A stretch of DNA of 64,000 nucleotides, taken from NCBI GenBank assembly GCA_011174845.1, contig DUEW01000080.1, positions 1,536 to 65,535 on the forward strand. The letters are read 5' to 3'. The notes under the pieces are model-generated. The model had not been told where the DNA came from. It searched no databases and saw only the letters and a program-made list of their open reading frames with translations. Source of the DNA: Anaerolineae bacterium. Its GTDB lineage: Bacteria; Chloroflexota; Anaerolineae; Anaerolineales; E44-bin32. Below, in pieces: positions 44,057 through 54,206 of this stretch. The translations under genes and the position numbers were made by a program. Within the stretch, counting starts at the first letter, position 1. Every line of letters begins with the position of its first letter.

Positions 44057-45511
44057 ATGGCACCCCAAGTATTAAAGAATTACATCGACGGAGAGTGGGA
44101 AGAATCGAAATCTAAAGAGATGCTGGATGTAAGAAATCCTGCAACGGCTGAAGTGATTGCCAAAGTACCACTTTCGACCACGGATGAAGTGGACAGGGTT
44201 GTGCAAGCAGCCAGGGAGGCATTCCAAGGGTGGCGAGAGACCACACCTTACACACGTGCCCGCTATATGTTCGAATTGAAGAACCAGATGGAGGAGCGGT
44301 TTGAGGATCTCGCCGCGGTCATTGTAAAGGAGCATGGCAAGATCATCGACGAGGCGAGAGGGGAGGTCCGTCGATCGATCGAGAACGTCGAGGTAGCTGC
44401 AGGGATTCCCTCGCTCATGACAGGCTACAACCTAGAAGATGTCTCTCATGGGATCGATGAAGATTGTGTATACCAGCCGGTTGGCGTTTTTTGCTGTGTC
44501 ACCCCTTTCAATTTCCCTCTTATGGTCCCGCTATGGTTCATGCCATATGCGATCGCCTGTGGCAACACCTATATTGTCAAACCCTCTGAAATATGTCCGG
44601 TCAGTCAAATGGTGTTATTTGAACTTTTGGATGAAATCGACTTACCTCCCGGCGTTGTCAATATGATCAACGGAGATAAAAGGGTGGTAGATGCCTTGCT
44701 GGAAAACCCCGATGTTGATGGGCTCTCTTTTGTTGGCTCAACCCCGGTGGGCAAGTATTTGTACGCCAAGGCGGCCGCGCACGGTAAGCGAGCTCAGTGC
44801 CAGGCTGGAGCTAAGAACTGTTTGGTGGTCATGCCGGATGCGGTATTAACCCAATCGGTGCCCGCCATCATGAGCTCGGTATTCGGGACGGCTGGACAAC
44901 GATGCTTGGCTGGTGCGCTCGTGGTCGCGGTTGGTGATGTATACGAGCCATTGGAGGAGATGCTCGTCGAGGCGGCTTCAAACCTCAATGTCGGTGACGG
45001 AATGGATGAAACGATCCATATGGGGCCGGTTGTCACCCAGCGATCGCTTGATAGAATTCGAGGCTATATTGAGAAGGGAATTGAGGAAGGAGCAACGTTG
45101 CTGTTGGACGGTCGCGATGTCCAAGTGAAGGATTATCCGGATGGGTATTTCATCGGCCCGACGATCTTCACCGATGTGACACCTGGTATGGCCATTGCGC
45201 GTGAAGAAATTTTCGGTCCTGTCATGGGGATCGTACGTGTCGACGATTTTGATCAGGCGCTAGAAGTGATCCACGGCTCACCCTATGGCAATGCGGCGTC
45301 GCTCTTCACGACAAGCGGAAAGTGGGCGCGAGAGTTCGAGTATCGTGTCCAAGCCGGCAACCTGGGAATTAACATCGGCATAGCCGCCCCAATCGCTTCC
45401 TTTCCCTTTAGCGGGATGAAGGATTCCTTCTTCGGTGATCTACATGGACAAGGCCGAGATGCGATCGAATTCTTCACAGATCGGAAAGTGGTCATCACCC
45501 GTTGGTTCTAA
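44057..45511 (+). CDS. mmsA: CoA-acylating methylmalonate/malonate-semialdehyde dehydrogenase-like aldehyde dehydrogenase
   Basis: N-terminus VLKNYIDGEWEES...LDVRNPATAEVIAKVPLSTTDEV and catalytic-Cys loop FGTAGQRCLAG are typical of the MMSDH subfamily. ATG 44057 is favoured over 44051 by its spacing from AAGGAG (44044-44049). Confidence 0.8.
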   Translation: MAPQVLKNYIDGEWEESKSKEMLDVRNPATAEVIAKVPLSTTDEVDRVVQAAREAFQGWRETTPYTRARYMFELKNQMEERFEDLAAVIVKEHGKIIDEARGEVRRSIENVEVAAGIPSLMTGYNLEDVSHGIDEDCVYQPVGVFCCVTPFNFPLMVPLWFMPYAIACGNTYIVKPSEICPVSQMVLFELLDEIDLPPGVVNMINGDKRVVDALLENPDVDGLSFVGSTPVGKYLYAKAAAHGKRAQCQAGAKNCLVVMPDAVLTQSVPAIMSSVFGTAGQRCLAGALVVAVGDVYEPLEEMLVEAASNLNVGDGMDETIHMGPVVTQRSLDRIRGYIEKGIEEGATLLLDGRDVQVKDYPDGYFIGPTIFTDVTPGMAIAREEIFGPVMGIVRVDDFDQALEVIHGSPYGNAASLFTTSGKWAREFEYRVQAGNLGINIGIAAPIASFPFSGMKDSFFGDLHGQGRDAIEFFTDRKVVITRWF

Positions 45512-45562
45512 TACAATGCGTCCGCTGAAAAAGCAGCAGCCAAGAGGAAAAGAGGCATGCGT

Positions 45563-45592
45563 GTGGGGTGTGGGCAAAGCCTATACCCCACA
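45563..45592 (+). terminator. Hairpin of the TGTGGGG...CCCCACA family downstream of mmsA
   Basis: TGTGGGGT / ACCCCACA 8-bp stem with loop GTGGGCAAAGCCTAT. Same termini and loop core (GGGC..AGCCT) as the hairpin at 13351-13395. Confidence 0.5.
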
Positions 45593-45665
45593 TAGATTGT
45601 TCTCCTTCAGGCAAATGGGCTTTTTTCTGTGCGGTCATGAAATGTGGTATCAAGGAGAGTGAAGT

Positions 45666-46079
45666 ATGGAGTTGGCTACCTTCGGGGCGATCATGACCTT
45701 TGCTCTGGAGTTGGAACAGCGAGCAGCTGTTTTTTATGAGGAGGCTGCGCACGGATCTTTACAAGAACCTTTTTCGGATCTGGCCAAGATGGCACACAAG
45801 CGTGCGAAGAGGATCGAACGTACGCGTCGAGAAGGCATCGCTGAGATGATCTTGGAGCCGATCACAGGGATGAATGGTGAAGACTATTTGGTGGAGCTTG
45901 TGCCTGGAAGAGATGAAATCGAACGACTGAGTCAAGCAATCAGATTGGCAGAAACATCCATCCGGTTTTACCAGGACGCGGCGGAAAAAATACCGGTGAA
46001 AGAAGTTGCACGAACCTGCCAGCGAATGGCGACGGAGAGCGAAAAACAGAAAGCTGAATTGCTAAGGCTACAAGTCTGA
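45666..46079 (+). CDS. Hypothetical ferritin-like / rubrerythrin-like four-helix protein
   Basis: 137-aa all-helical ORF (ALELEQRAAVFYEEAA ... AIRLAETSIRFYQDAAEK). The family call is tentative. Confidence 0.35.
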   Translation: MELATFGAIMTFALELEQRAAVFYEEAAHGSLQEPFSDLAKMAHKRAKRIERTRREGIAEMILEPITGMNGEDYLVELVPGRDEIERLSQAIRLAETSIRFYQDAAEKIPVKEVARTCQRMATESEKQKAELLRLQV

Positions 46080-46106
46080 AGATCGATCTTATTTCTCCAA
46101 AACATG

Positions 46107-46186
46107 GGCGCCACGGCACTTGGGCGCTAAGGCCCAAAGGCACCTGGGCGCCTTGGCATTAAGGTACTCGGGCACTTAGGACCTTT
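46107..46186. repeat. Array of ten degenerate 8-mers (GGCNCNNN), left arm
   Basis: Read directly: GGCGCCAC GGCACTTG GGCGCTAA GGCCCAAA GGCACCTG GGCGCCTT GGCATTAA GGTACTCG GGCACTTA GGACCTTT, with strict 8-nt periodicity. Confidence 0.85.
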
Positions 46187-46244
46187 AATGTATATGATTT
46201 TCACACCGTTGAGGGATACCGTGCTGTGTGGAAATTAGCTATCT

Positions 46245-46352
46245 AAATAGCCCTGATCCCGAGTGCCATGGTGCCTATGTGCCATGGTGCCTATATGACC
46301 TGGCACCAAAGTGTCCCGCCGCCCAATCACCTGATCCCTAATCCCTAAGCCC
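46245..46352. repeat. Array of about fourteen degenerate 7-9-mers ending in CC (complement orientation), right arm
   Basis: ...TAGCCC TGATCCC GAGTGCC ATGGTGCC TATGTGCC ATGGTGCC TATATGACC TGGCACC AAAGTGTCC CGCCGCCC AATCACC TGATCCC TAATCCC TAAGCCC. The reverse complement gives GGNNNNNN units such as GGCACCAT and GGCACTCG, like the left arm. Abuts the hutU stop codon. Confidence 0.85.
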
Positions 46353-46355
46353 TAT

Positions 46356-48008
46356 CTACTCAAGCATCGGCATCTTAATCCCATATCGTCGTGCGGCCTC
46401 AATCGCTTCACTGTAACCTGCGTCGGCGTGCCGTACGATCCCCAAGCCGGGATCGGTGGTCAGCACCCGCTCCAACCGTCGTGCGGCTTCTGGTGTACCG
46501 TCAGCGACGATCACTTGACCCGCATGTTGGCTGAAACCGATGCCTACGCCTCCTCCATGGTGGAAAGAGACCCATGTCGCCCCACCGACAGCGTTGAGAA
46601 GGGCGTTTAACAACGGCCAATCGCTCACGGCATCCGATCCGTCAAGCATTCCTTCGGTCTCCCGATTGGGTGAGGCTACGGATCCAGAATCCAGATGGTC
46701 TCGACCGATCACGATCGGTGCTTGGAGCTCACCGTTGGCAACCATTTCGTTGAACCTAAGACCAGCCTTTGCGCGTTCTCCATATCCCAGCCAGCAAATA
46801 CGGGCTGGTAATCCCTGAAATGGTATCTTCTCCCGCGCCATTTCCAACCAGCGATGGAGATGATCGTCCTCGGGGAATAGCTCCATGATCGCAGCGTCGG
46901 TGCGGAAGATATCTTCAGGTTCACCTGAGAGCGCCACCCATCGAAAGGGGCCTTTCCCCAGGAAAAACAGGGGTCGTATGTACGCCGGGACGAATCCAGG
47001 GTATGCAAAAGCCTCTTTAACACCTGCGTCATAAGCCCGTTGGCGCAAGTTGTTCCCATAGTCAAACACCTCTGCCCCCCGTCGTTGAAAGGCCAACATC
47101 GCTTCAACGTGGCGGGCCATTGATTCCATCGAGCGGCGGGCGAATTCCTGCGGATCGGTAGCCCGCATTGCTTCGGCGTCTTCGATGCTTATACTGTGGG
47201 GAATATATTCGAGAACGTCATGGGCTGGGGTTTGGTCCGTGACCACATCCGGGGTCACCCCTCTGATGACGAGCTCGGGGTAGAGATCTGCCGCGTTGCC
47301 GATGAGGCCGATTGAGCGAGGTTCTTCCGACTCGATGGCTTCTTCGACCAATGTCATCGCCTCTTCCATTTCATCGACAACCATGTCGATATAGCCGGTC
47401 TCAAACCTTCGTTGAGCGCGCGCAGGGTCTACCTCAATGATGAGCCCTACCCCCTCGTTCATTGTGATGGCCAGGGGTTGAGCACCACCCATCCCGCCTA
47501 ATCCCGCGGAAAGCACAAACTTGCCCTTTAGGGAGCGCCAACCTTTTTGTCTGGCGAGCGAGCCGAGAGTTTCGTAGGTGCCCTGGAGGATCCCTTGCGT
47601 GCCGATGTAGATCCAGGATCCGGCTGTCATTTGGCCGTACATCATCAACCCTTTAGCGGCGAGTTCGTCAAAATGCTCTTGGGTAGCCCAGTGTGGTACC
47701 AAATTTGAGTTGGCGAGAAGTACGCGCGGAGCATCAGGGTGAGTTTGAAAGATCGCAACGGGTTTACCTGATTGGATGAGTAAGGTTTCGTTCTCCTCCA
47801 ACTCTTTGAGTGAATTGAGGATCGCGTCCAAGCTGGCCCAATCGCGCGCCGCCTGACCGCGTCCACCGTAGACCACCAAATCTTCAGGTCGTTCGGCAAC
47901 CTCTGGATCGAGGTTGTTTTGGATCATGCGGAAAGCAGCTTCTGTGAGCCACGATTTGCACGTGAGCTCAGTCCCACGTGGGGCACGGATGGTGCGTGGG
48001 GTCGTCAT
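46356..48008 (-). CDS. hutU: Urocanate hydratase
   Basis: 550-aa ORF. Motifs [42 protein letters not shown] and [13 protein letters not shown] are typical urocanase motifs. Confidence 0.93.
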   Translation of the reverse strand: MTTPRTIRAPRGTELTCKSWLTEAAFRMIQNNLDPEVAERPEDLVVYGGRGQAARDWASLDAILNSLKELEENETLLIQSGKPVAIFQTHPDAPRVLLANSNLVPHWATQEHFDELAAKGLMMYGQMTAGSWIYIGTQGILQGTYETLGSLARQKGWRSLKGKFVLSAGLGGMGGAQPLAITMNEGVGLIIEVDPARAQRRFETGYIDMVVDEMEEAMTLVEEAIESEEPRSIGLIGNAADLYPELVIRGVTPDVVTDQTPAHDVLEYIPHSISIEDAEAMRATDPQEFARRSMESMARHVEAMLAFQRRGAEVFDYGNNLRQRAYDAGVKEAFAYPGFVPAYIRPLFFLGKGPFRWVALSGEPEDIFRTDAAIMELFPEDDHLHRWLEMAREKIPFQGLPARICWLGYGERAKAGLRFNEMVANGELQAPIVIGRDHLDSGSVASPNRETEGMLDGSDAVSDWPLLNALLNAVGGATWVSFHHGGGVGIGFSQHAGQVIVADGTPEAARRLERVLTTDPGLGIVRHADAGYSEAIEAARRYGIKMPMLE

Positions 48009-48116
48009 CTATCCCTCCGGAGTGTGTCACTCGTATTGGTGAATGGAAAAGAAAACGGTCATGCTCTCTTTGTGGGCGTTCGCAATCATTGCTCGTTATT
48101 CGTATTTGTGATCCTA

Positions 48117-48650
48117 TCACGCATCGCGATCAGGTTCTCGCCAGTGATCGAAGTGCACTGTGTCGGAAAATGATCGCCGTCCACCAGCTTTTGGCGGCAA
48201 GCTTAAAATCTGTGGGTCGGCGGGATAACCAAAGGATATCGCAGCGTTCAGATGCAGGTCTTTTGGGAATCCGAGCAGCTCACGCGCAGCTTCAGGCTCG
48301 TAGATAGTTGCCAAGCACGATCCGACTCCCAATTCCCATGCAGCTAATTGCATATAAGCAGCGGCTTGACCACCGTCGAACAGGATTGAGTAACGTTGGG
48401 AAGGATTCGGCGTTAAGATCGCGACCCCCAATGCAGCACCTTGAAGATGCCCGGCGTAGGTGCCTAAATGAGAGAGCGCTTCTAAGATTTCAGGGTCGAG
48501 GATGGCAATGAAGTGCCATGGCTGTGTGTTCTTCGCAGATTGCGCGCGTCGACCGGCGTTAAGGATATGGTGGATGATCTCCTCTGGGATCGGTCGTTGA
48601 GCAAACTGACGCACTGCGCGCTTCATGCGGATACTTTCAGACACATCCAT
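48117..48650 (-). CDS. Nitroreductase-family flavoprotein
   Basis: 177-aa ORF. IRMKRAVRQFAQRPIPEEIIHHILNAGRRAQSAKNTQPWHF is the classical nitroreductase N-terminal pattern. Confidence 0.8.
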   Translation of the reverse strand: MDVSESIRMKRAVRQFAQRPIPEEIIHHILNAGRRAQSAKNTQPWHFIAILDPEILEALSHLGTYAGHLQGAALGVAILTPNPSQRYSILFDGGQAAAYMQLAAWELGVGSCLATIYEPEAARELLGFPKDLHLNAAISFGYPADPQILSLPPKAGGRRSFSDTVHFDHWREPDRDA

Positions 48651-48836
48651 GTTCTCCTCCCTTGTCGTTCGTACATTATAGGATGGCTGGATGTATCTTC
48701 AAATGGCGGAGAGCAGGAATTCAGTGGAGATTCCGAAGGTTAAGCCCCAGAGGTGGTGATCAGTGAACTGGCGCGAATTTGTGAGATGCTCCCCTGAACC
48801 TCTATGGCCCATCTTGAGGACCTTAGCTGGAGATCC

Positions 48837-49094
48837 TTATTCGATGGTAGGACGAGGGGGCTCAGGAAGTGGTCTTAGGTATACCAGGCGATTGGTGTAC
48901 GATACCACGCGTCCGAGGTCTTTCAGCCTTTCCAAATCGCTATCCGTGACCGCTCCGCCATAATCGGTTTCCTTAAATTCGAAAAAATCACCGGTTAGTA
49001 TGTCCTGAACTCGACCTTCGCCCCAATCTACCACAATCTCGCCGGTTTGAAGTATGAACACCAAGCCTCTTGCGACAGGTGTGCCACTGGTCAT
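48837..49094 (-). CDS. Hypothetical protein
   Basis: 85-aa ORF with no recognisable motif. Located between the nitroreductase and the Rrf2 regulator. Confidence 0.3.
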   Translation of the reverse strand: MTSGTPVARGLVFILQTGEIVVDWGEGRVQDILTGDFFEFKETDYGGAVTDSDLERLKDLGRVVSYTNRLVYLRPLPEPPRPTIE

Positions 49095-49249
49095 GATGCC
49101 TCCTCAAGGCTGTCCTTTACTGTGCCAAAAAAACGAAAAAACCGCAACCCTCATTCACTTGATGTTCAGTGGGGTAGGTTGCGGCTCGAGAACCTAACTT
49201 TGTTTGGTTGGAGCATCAGAGGAGATCGAGTTCAGGAACTTGATCCGTT

Positions 49250-49648
49250 CTACGAAACAAGCGTGTCAAAGTTAGTGAGCTCTAATCTTTTAATGAGATC
49301 AGCTTGAGCCTCAAGCCATATCTTGTGTACGGTACAATCCTCACCAAAAGGACAGATGCTGGGGTCTGGCACACATTCGTTCAAGGTGATCGGACCGTCG
49401 ATGGCTTCAATAACTTCGAGCAGGCTGATCTCATTAGAAGGACGGGCAAGCGAGACCCCGCCTCGTGCGCCGCGCGAGGTTTGGACTACACCGGCTACAG
49501 AAAGCTGCGAGACGATCTTCGCCAAGAATGAGGAGGGGATGTTCTGCTCACGTGCGATCTTGCTTGTTGGTGCACGGGTTCCATTGCTCAAACTGGCCAG
49601 GTACAGCACCGCACGGACTGCGTAATCCGCCTGCCGAGTAATCTGCAT
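49250..49648 (-). CDS. Rrf2-family transcriptional regulator (three-Cys, possibly Fe-S binding)
   Basis: MQITRQADYAVRAVLYLA... winged-helix N-terminus. Cys cluster CVPDPSICPFGEDC. ATG 49648 is preferred (RBS GAGGAGG 6 nt upstream) over the TTG at 49666. Confidence 0.85.
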   Translation of the reverse strand: MQITRQADYAVRAVLYLASLSNGTRAPTSKIAREQNIPSSFLAKIVSQLSVAGVVQTSRGARGGVSLARPSNEISLLEVIEAIDGPITLNECVPDPSICPFGEDCTVHKIWLEAQADLIKRLELTNFDTLVS

Positions 49649-49859
49649 GGCAACCTCCTCTATCAACTCCTTACTTGTACCATCAAGATAGGAGTTATCT
49701 AGTTCACATGAAGTGTATGCTTAGGCTTGTAGGACGGCAAGTGAAATGTGTCACCGTGCAAGCATGACCTTTTACGAAGAGTGGGTATTGCTTGGTTTCC
49801 TAAGCATGGTATTATTGCTCGACATGTTACAGAGTATCACCGTTTAGAAAGGATGAGGC

Positions 49860-51215
49860 GTGAAAAACATCATAGTGGTAGGAGCCGGTTATGTTGGCTT
49901 GGTGACAGCAGCCTGCTTCGCCGATCTAGGTAACCGAGTGATTGTTTTGGACATCGATAAATCAAAGATCGAAGGACTTAAGAAGGGAGTATTGCCCATA
50001 TACGAGCCCGGGCTTGAGGAGATGGTCTCCCGTAATACCACGGCCAAACGTATGGATTTCACCACATCTTATCCCCAGGCTTTACGGGAGGCTGAATACG
50101 TGTTCATCGCAGTGGGTACGCCTTCTGGAGTGGACGGGGAAGCCGATTTGAAGCACGTTCAACAAGCAGCCGAGGCGATTGCAGAGGCGATGACAGGACC
50201 TTTGATCGTGGTTAACAAGTCAACCGTCCCAGTAGGAACTGGCGACTGGGTGGCCGACATCATCCGCGCCCATCAATCAAAGCCTATTCCCTTTGCGGTG
50301 GTTTCTAACCCCGAATTCTTACGAGAGGGCTCCGCGATTCTTGATTTCATGAATCCTGCCCGTACCGTGCTGGGATCTCTCGATCCTGAAGCGGTGGAGA
50401 AAGTAGCCCAATTACATTTACCGCTTCGGGCTCCGATTGTTGTCACCGATCTGCGTACGGCTGAGATGATCAAATATGCTTCCAATGCCTTTCTGGCGAC
50501 TCGTATTTCATTCATCAATGAGATCGCCAACATCTGTGAGGCGCTCGGTGCTGATGTAAAAGAAGTCGCTAATGGCATGGGCTATGATCCGCGGATTGGC
50601 CGTACCTTTTTGGAAGCGGGTATGGGATATGGAGGTTCATGCTTTCCTAAAGATGTGCAGGCACTCGCACATATGGCGGCTGAAAAGGGGCGCAATCCAC
50701 AATTACTTCAAGCCGTGATGGACATCAACGCTGATCGAACGCGGCTGCTCATGGAGAGGGTTCACGAACTGCTCGGTGACCTAGCCGGGAAAGATATTGG
50801 GCTGTTGGGTCTTACATTTAAACCAAACACCGACGATATGCGAGAAGCGCCCTCTTTAGAGATCGCGCGTCGATTGGTGAAGAAGGGTGTTGTTGTTCAC
50901 GCATATGACCCAGTAGGTATGGAGCGCGCCAGGGACATGATGCCTGAGCTGATCATGGCGGAAGATCCGTATGCGTTAGCTGAAGGATGCGATGCTTTGA
51001 TCGTGTGCACGGATTGGAATGAGTTCAAGCACTTAGATTTGTCGCGTATCCTCCAAATGATGAAACAGCCTGTGATCGTTGATGGTCGTAATATCTACGA
51101 CCCGGTGGTATTGACTAGACTCGGTTTTAGGTATCGTGGTATTGGTCGTGGGTATGGCCCGGATGGATCACCCATAGAGGAGGTCGAAACCGAAGCCAAG
51201 GTAAGCGAGAAATGA
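49860..51215 (+). CDS. ugd: UDP-glucose 6-dehydrogenase
   Basis: 451-aa ORF (GTG start). Motifs [19 protein letters not shown] and GGSCFPKD (catalytic Cys), plus the UDPG/GDP-mannose dehydrogenase layout. Confidence 0.9.
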   Translation: MKNIIVVGAGYVGLVTAACFADLGNRVIVLDIDKSKIEGLKKGVLPIYEPGLEEMVSRNTTAKRMDFTTSYPQALREAEYVFIAVGTPSGVDGEADLKHVQQAAEAIAEAMTGPLIVVNKSTVPVGTGDWVADIIRAHQSKPIPFAVVSNPEFLREGSAILDFMNPARTVLGSLDPEAVEKVAQLHLPLRAPIVVTDLRTAEMIKYASNAFLATRISFINEIANICEALGADVKEVANGMGYDPRIGRTFLEAGMGYGGSCFPKDVQALAHMAAEKGRNPQLLQAVMDINADRTRLLMERVHELLGDLAGKDIGLLGLTFKPNTDDMREAPSLEIARRLVKKGVVVHAYDPVGMERARDMMPELIMAEDPYALAEGCDALIVCTDWNEFKHLDLSRILQMMKQPVIVDGRNIYDPVVLTRLGFRYRGIGRGYGPDGSPIEEVETEAKVSEK

Positions 51216-52510
51216 CGCAAGGTCGAGATACCGTACTTCGCACACGCCTCCGCAATGGTTTAGAGATCCGCCTAAAGGAAATCCATACAGCCCCCCTCAT
51301 CAGCAGCTGGATTTGGTATCGCGTCGGCTCACGTAACGAATACGCGGGCATTACCGGCATCTCCCACTGGGTTGAACATATGCAATTCAAGGGGACGCCG
51401 ACGTTCCCTGCCGGGGTGCTTGATAGAGCGATCTCGCGCGATGGTGGATATTGGAACGCTTTGACCTGGATAGATTGGACATCCTATTTTGAAACTATGC
51501 CCGCCGACCGCATCAATCTCGCGCTACAGTTGGAGGCGGATCGCATGCTCCAAAGTGAGTTTGATCCCTCGGAGGTCAAATCCGAGCGGACGGTAATCAT
51601 CTCTGAACGTCAGGGGCACGAGAACGAGCCTACCTTTAGATTATATGAGGAGGTTCAAGCAGCTGCCTTCCGCGTCCACTCTTATCATCACACTGTGATA
51701 GGGGATATGGCTGACCTACAGGTGATGACCCGAGATAGCCTCTACGAACATTACCGTCGGTTCTATGTCCCCAACAACGCGGTGTTAGCCATTGCTGGTG
51801 ACTTCCGTACGCGACCGATGCTCAAGCGCATTCGAGAATTGTTCGGTCCGATCCCTCGTGGGCCACGACCGGAGTTCCAACCTCGCCCAGAACCAGCACA
51901 GAATGGTGAACGACGCGTGACGGTTGAAGGACCGGGTGAGACCCCCTTCCTCAATGTTGTGTACCACGTGCCTCCTGGAGTCGATTCTGATTTCTTTCCC
52001 TTGACCGTTTTAGATAGTGTTCTAACCGGGGCCTCAAATTTGAACTTTTTCGGAGGAAGTATTTCAAATAAAACCTCTCGCCTCTATCGAGCATTGGTTG
52101 AGGGCGAGCTAGCCGCCTCGGTCCGTGGGGGATTATCTGCAACGATCGATCCCTACTTGTATTCGATCAATGTGGTAGTTCGTCCTGACCACACTGCGGA
52201 AGAGGCGTTGGATGTTGTCGATAGCGAATTAACAAAGCTGATAGACCAACCTATTGAGATGGAGGAGTTGATCAAGGCCATGAAACAAGCTCGAGCCTTG
52301 TTCGCATATAACTCCGAAAGCATCACCAACCAAGCTTTCTGGTTGGGTTTCAGTGAGATGTTTGCTAACCATATATGGTTTGAGACTTACCTGGATCGAT
52401 TGGCTGAGGTTACCCCCGAGCACGTCCTGGAGGTGGCCCATAAGTATCTATCGCCAACGAATCGTGTAGTAGGAATCTATCGTCCACAGCCGGAGATACG
52501 AGGTGGTTGA
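51212..52510 (+). CDS. M16-family zinc peptidase (active subunit, HxxEH)
   Basis: 432-aa ORF. Inverted zinc motif [14 protein letters not shown]. 4-nt overlap with ugd. Confidence 0.85.
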   Translation: MTQGRDTVLRTRLRNGLEIRLKEIHTAPLISSWIWYRVGSRNEYAGITGISHWVEHMQFKGTPTFPAGVLDRAISRDGGYWNALTWIDWTSYFETMPADRINLALQLEADRMLQSEFDPSEVKSERTVIISERQGHENEPTFRLYEEVQAAAFRVHSYHHTVIGDMADLQVMTRDSLYEHYRRFYVPNNAVLAIAGDFRTRPMLKRIRELFGPIPRGPRPEFQPRPEPAQNGERRVTVEGPGETPFLNVVYHVPPGVDSDFFPLTVLDSVLTGASNLNFFGGSISNKTSRLYRALVEGELAASVRGGLSATIDPYLYSINVVVRPDHTAEEALDVVDSELTKLIDQPIEMEELIKAMKQARALFAYNSESITNQAFWLGFSEMFANHIWFETYLDRLAEVTPEHVLEVAHKYLSPTNRVVGIYRPQPEIRGG

Positions 52511-53813
52511 AATCGATTTCTCCCTTCCCAAGTTGGATATTCGGAGTCTACCTGGGCCAGATTCCATTTTGCGACGTGAGCTATCGAATGGCATCGTGAT
52601 CCTGGCAAAAGAAAATTTTGCCAGCCCTTCTGTTGTGATATCCGGCTACCTGGTTGTCGGTTCCTTAGGCGAGACCCGTCAAGAGGCCGGACTGGCACAT
52701 CTGACGGCACTGTCCTTGATGCGAGGGACAAAAGAACGTTCCTTCAACCAAATCTTTGAATCGATCGAATCGATTGGCGCTCTCCTCAACATCGGAGCAG
52801 GTACACATATAACACTCGTGCAGGGAAAGGCGCTAGCTGAAGACCTGAACGTTCTCCTTGATCTACTATCCGAAGTATTGCGTAATCCAACCTTTCCCAA
52901 GTCGCAGATCGAGCGATTGAAGGCTGAACAGCTAACAGCGCTGGCAATTCGCGACCAAGATACAGGCGCTCGTGCACAGCTTGCCTTTGATGAACTGGCT
53001 TACAAAGACCATCCTTACAGCCTATCATCGGTTGGATATAAAGACACCACTAGCGAGTTTACGACCACCACCATCCGAACTTTTCACCGTCAGCGTTATG
53101 GACCTCAGGGTATGGTCATTGTAGTGGTAGGCGCGGTTGAAGCTAAGGCAGCCTTCACGGCAGTTGAGGAAGCACTCGGTAGCTGGACCAACCCACGACG
53201 AGTCTCCGCTCCTGATTTACCAGCGATCGAGAAACCTATAGGCTTACTTCGGAAGGCAGTTCATCTTGCTGGGAAGAGCCAATGTGATATCGTTCTCGGT
53301 ACACCGGGTCCGAGTCGTTTCGACGAGGATTATATGGCCGCTTCTCTTGGCAACAGCATCCTCGGTCGATTCGGGATGTACGGCCGGATCGGTGATGCGG
53401 TTCGAGAATCAGCTGGGTTGGCTTATTACGCCTACAGCACTGTGAGTGGCGGTCCTGGACCAGGACCATGGCAAGTCATTGCCGGGGTTAATCCAACTGG
53501 GGTAGAGAAGGCAATCGATTTAATCCGAAATGAAATTCGAGATTTGGTTACCCGCCGCGTGACCAAACGGGAATTGCTTGAAAATCAAGCAAATTTCATC
53601 GGTCGGTTGCCGTTGCACCTTGAATCAAATGAAGGCGTCGCTAGTGCGTTACTTCATATCGAACGGTACAGTTTGGGGTTAGATTATTATCAGCGTTATC
53701 CCGAGCTTGTCGCGGCTGTTACACGCGATGATGTTATCCGAACTGCAAAGCGTTTCCTTGATCCTGATCACTTAGCCATTGCCATCGCTGGCCCAATCGG
53801 AGAGGAGGCGTAA
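52503..53813 (+). CDS. M16-family peptidase, non-catalytic partner subunit
   Basis: 436-aa ORF (GTG start) with an 8-nt overlap on the preceding M16 gene. M16 fold pattern, but the HxxEH position reads GLAHLTALSLMRGT (no Glu/His pair). Confidence 0.8.
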   Translation: MVEIDFSLPKLDIRSLPGPDSILRRELSNGIVILAKENFASPSVVISGYLVVGSLGETRQEAGLAHLTALSLMRGTKERSFNQIFESIESIGALLNIGAGTHITLVQGKALAEDLNVLLDLLSEVLRNPTFPKSQIERLKAEQLTALAIRDQDTGARAQLAFDELAYKDHPYSLSSVGYKDTTSEFTTTTIRTFHRQRYGPQGMVIVVVGAVEAKAAFTAVEEALGSWTNPRRVSAPDLPAIEKPIGLLRKAVHLAGKSQCDIVLGTPGPSRFDEDYMAASLGNSILGRFGMYGRIGDAVRESAGLAYYAYSTVSGGPGPGPWQVIAGVNPTGVEKAIDLIRNEIRDLVTRRVTKRELLENQANFIGRLPLHLESNEGVASALLHIERYSLGLDYYQRYPELVAAVTRDDVIRTAKRFLDPDHLAIAIAGPIGEEA

Positions 53814-53816
53814 GAA

Positions 53817-54206
53817 GTGATTCGTTCGGGGGTCGATTTAATCGAAGTCGATCGCATCGATCGCGCGATCCTTCGACACGGTCAACGCTTCTTCGATCGT
53901 TTTTTCACCACTCAAGAATTGATCGATGCTCGTGGGCACACACCTGCGCTCGCGGCGCGCTTTGCCGCTAAAGAAGCTGTGGCAAAGGCACTGGGGACTG
54001 GAATTGGGGATGTCAGATGGAAGGATATTGAGATTATCAATGGACCTCGCCGCCAACCTGTGCTTCAACTCTATGGTCGAGCGCAAGAACTGGCTGGATT
54101 ACTGCGAGTGACACATTGGGCCCTCAGCCTCAGTCATACTCATGAGCACGCAGTAGCAGTTGTCATAGCCCTCCAAACCCCATCAGAGCCCAGTAAGGCT
54201 GCATGA
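53817..54206 (+). CDS. acpS: Holo-[acyl-carrier-protein] synthase
   Basis: 129-aa ORF (GTG start). GVDLIEVDRI and FAAKEAVAKALGTG are typical AcpS motifs. Confidence 0.9.
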   Translation: MIRSGVDLIEVDRIDRAILRHGQRFFDRFFTTQELIDARGHTPALAARFAAKEAVAKALGTGIGDVRWKDIEIINGPRRQPVLQLYGRAQELAGLLRVTHWALSLSHTHEHAVAVVIALQTPSEPSKAA

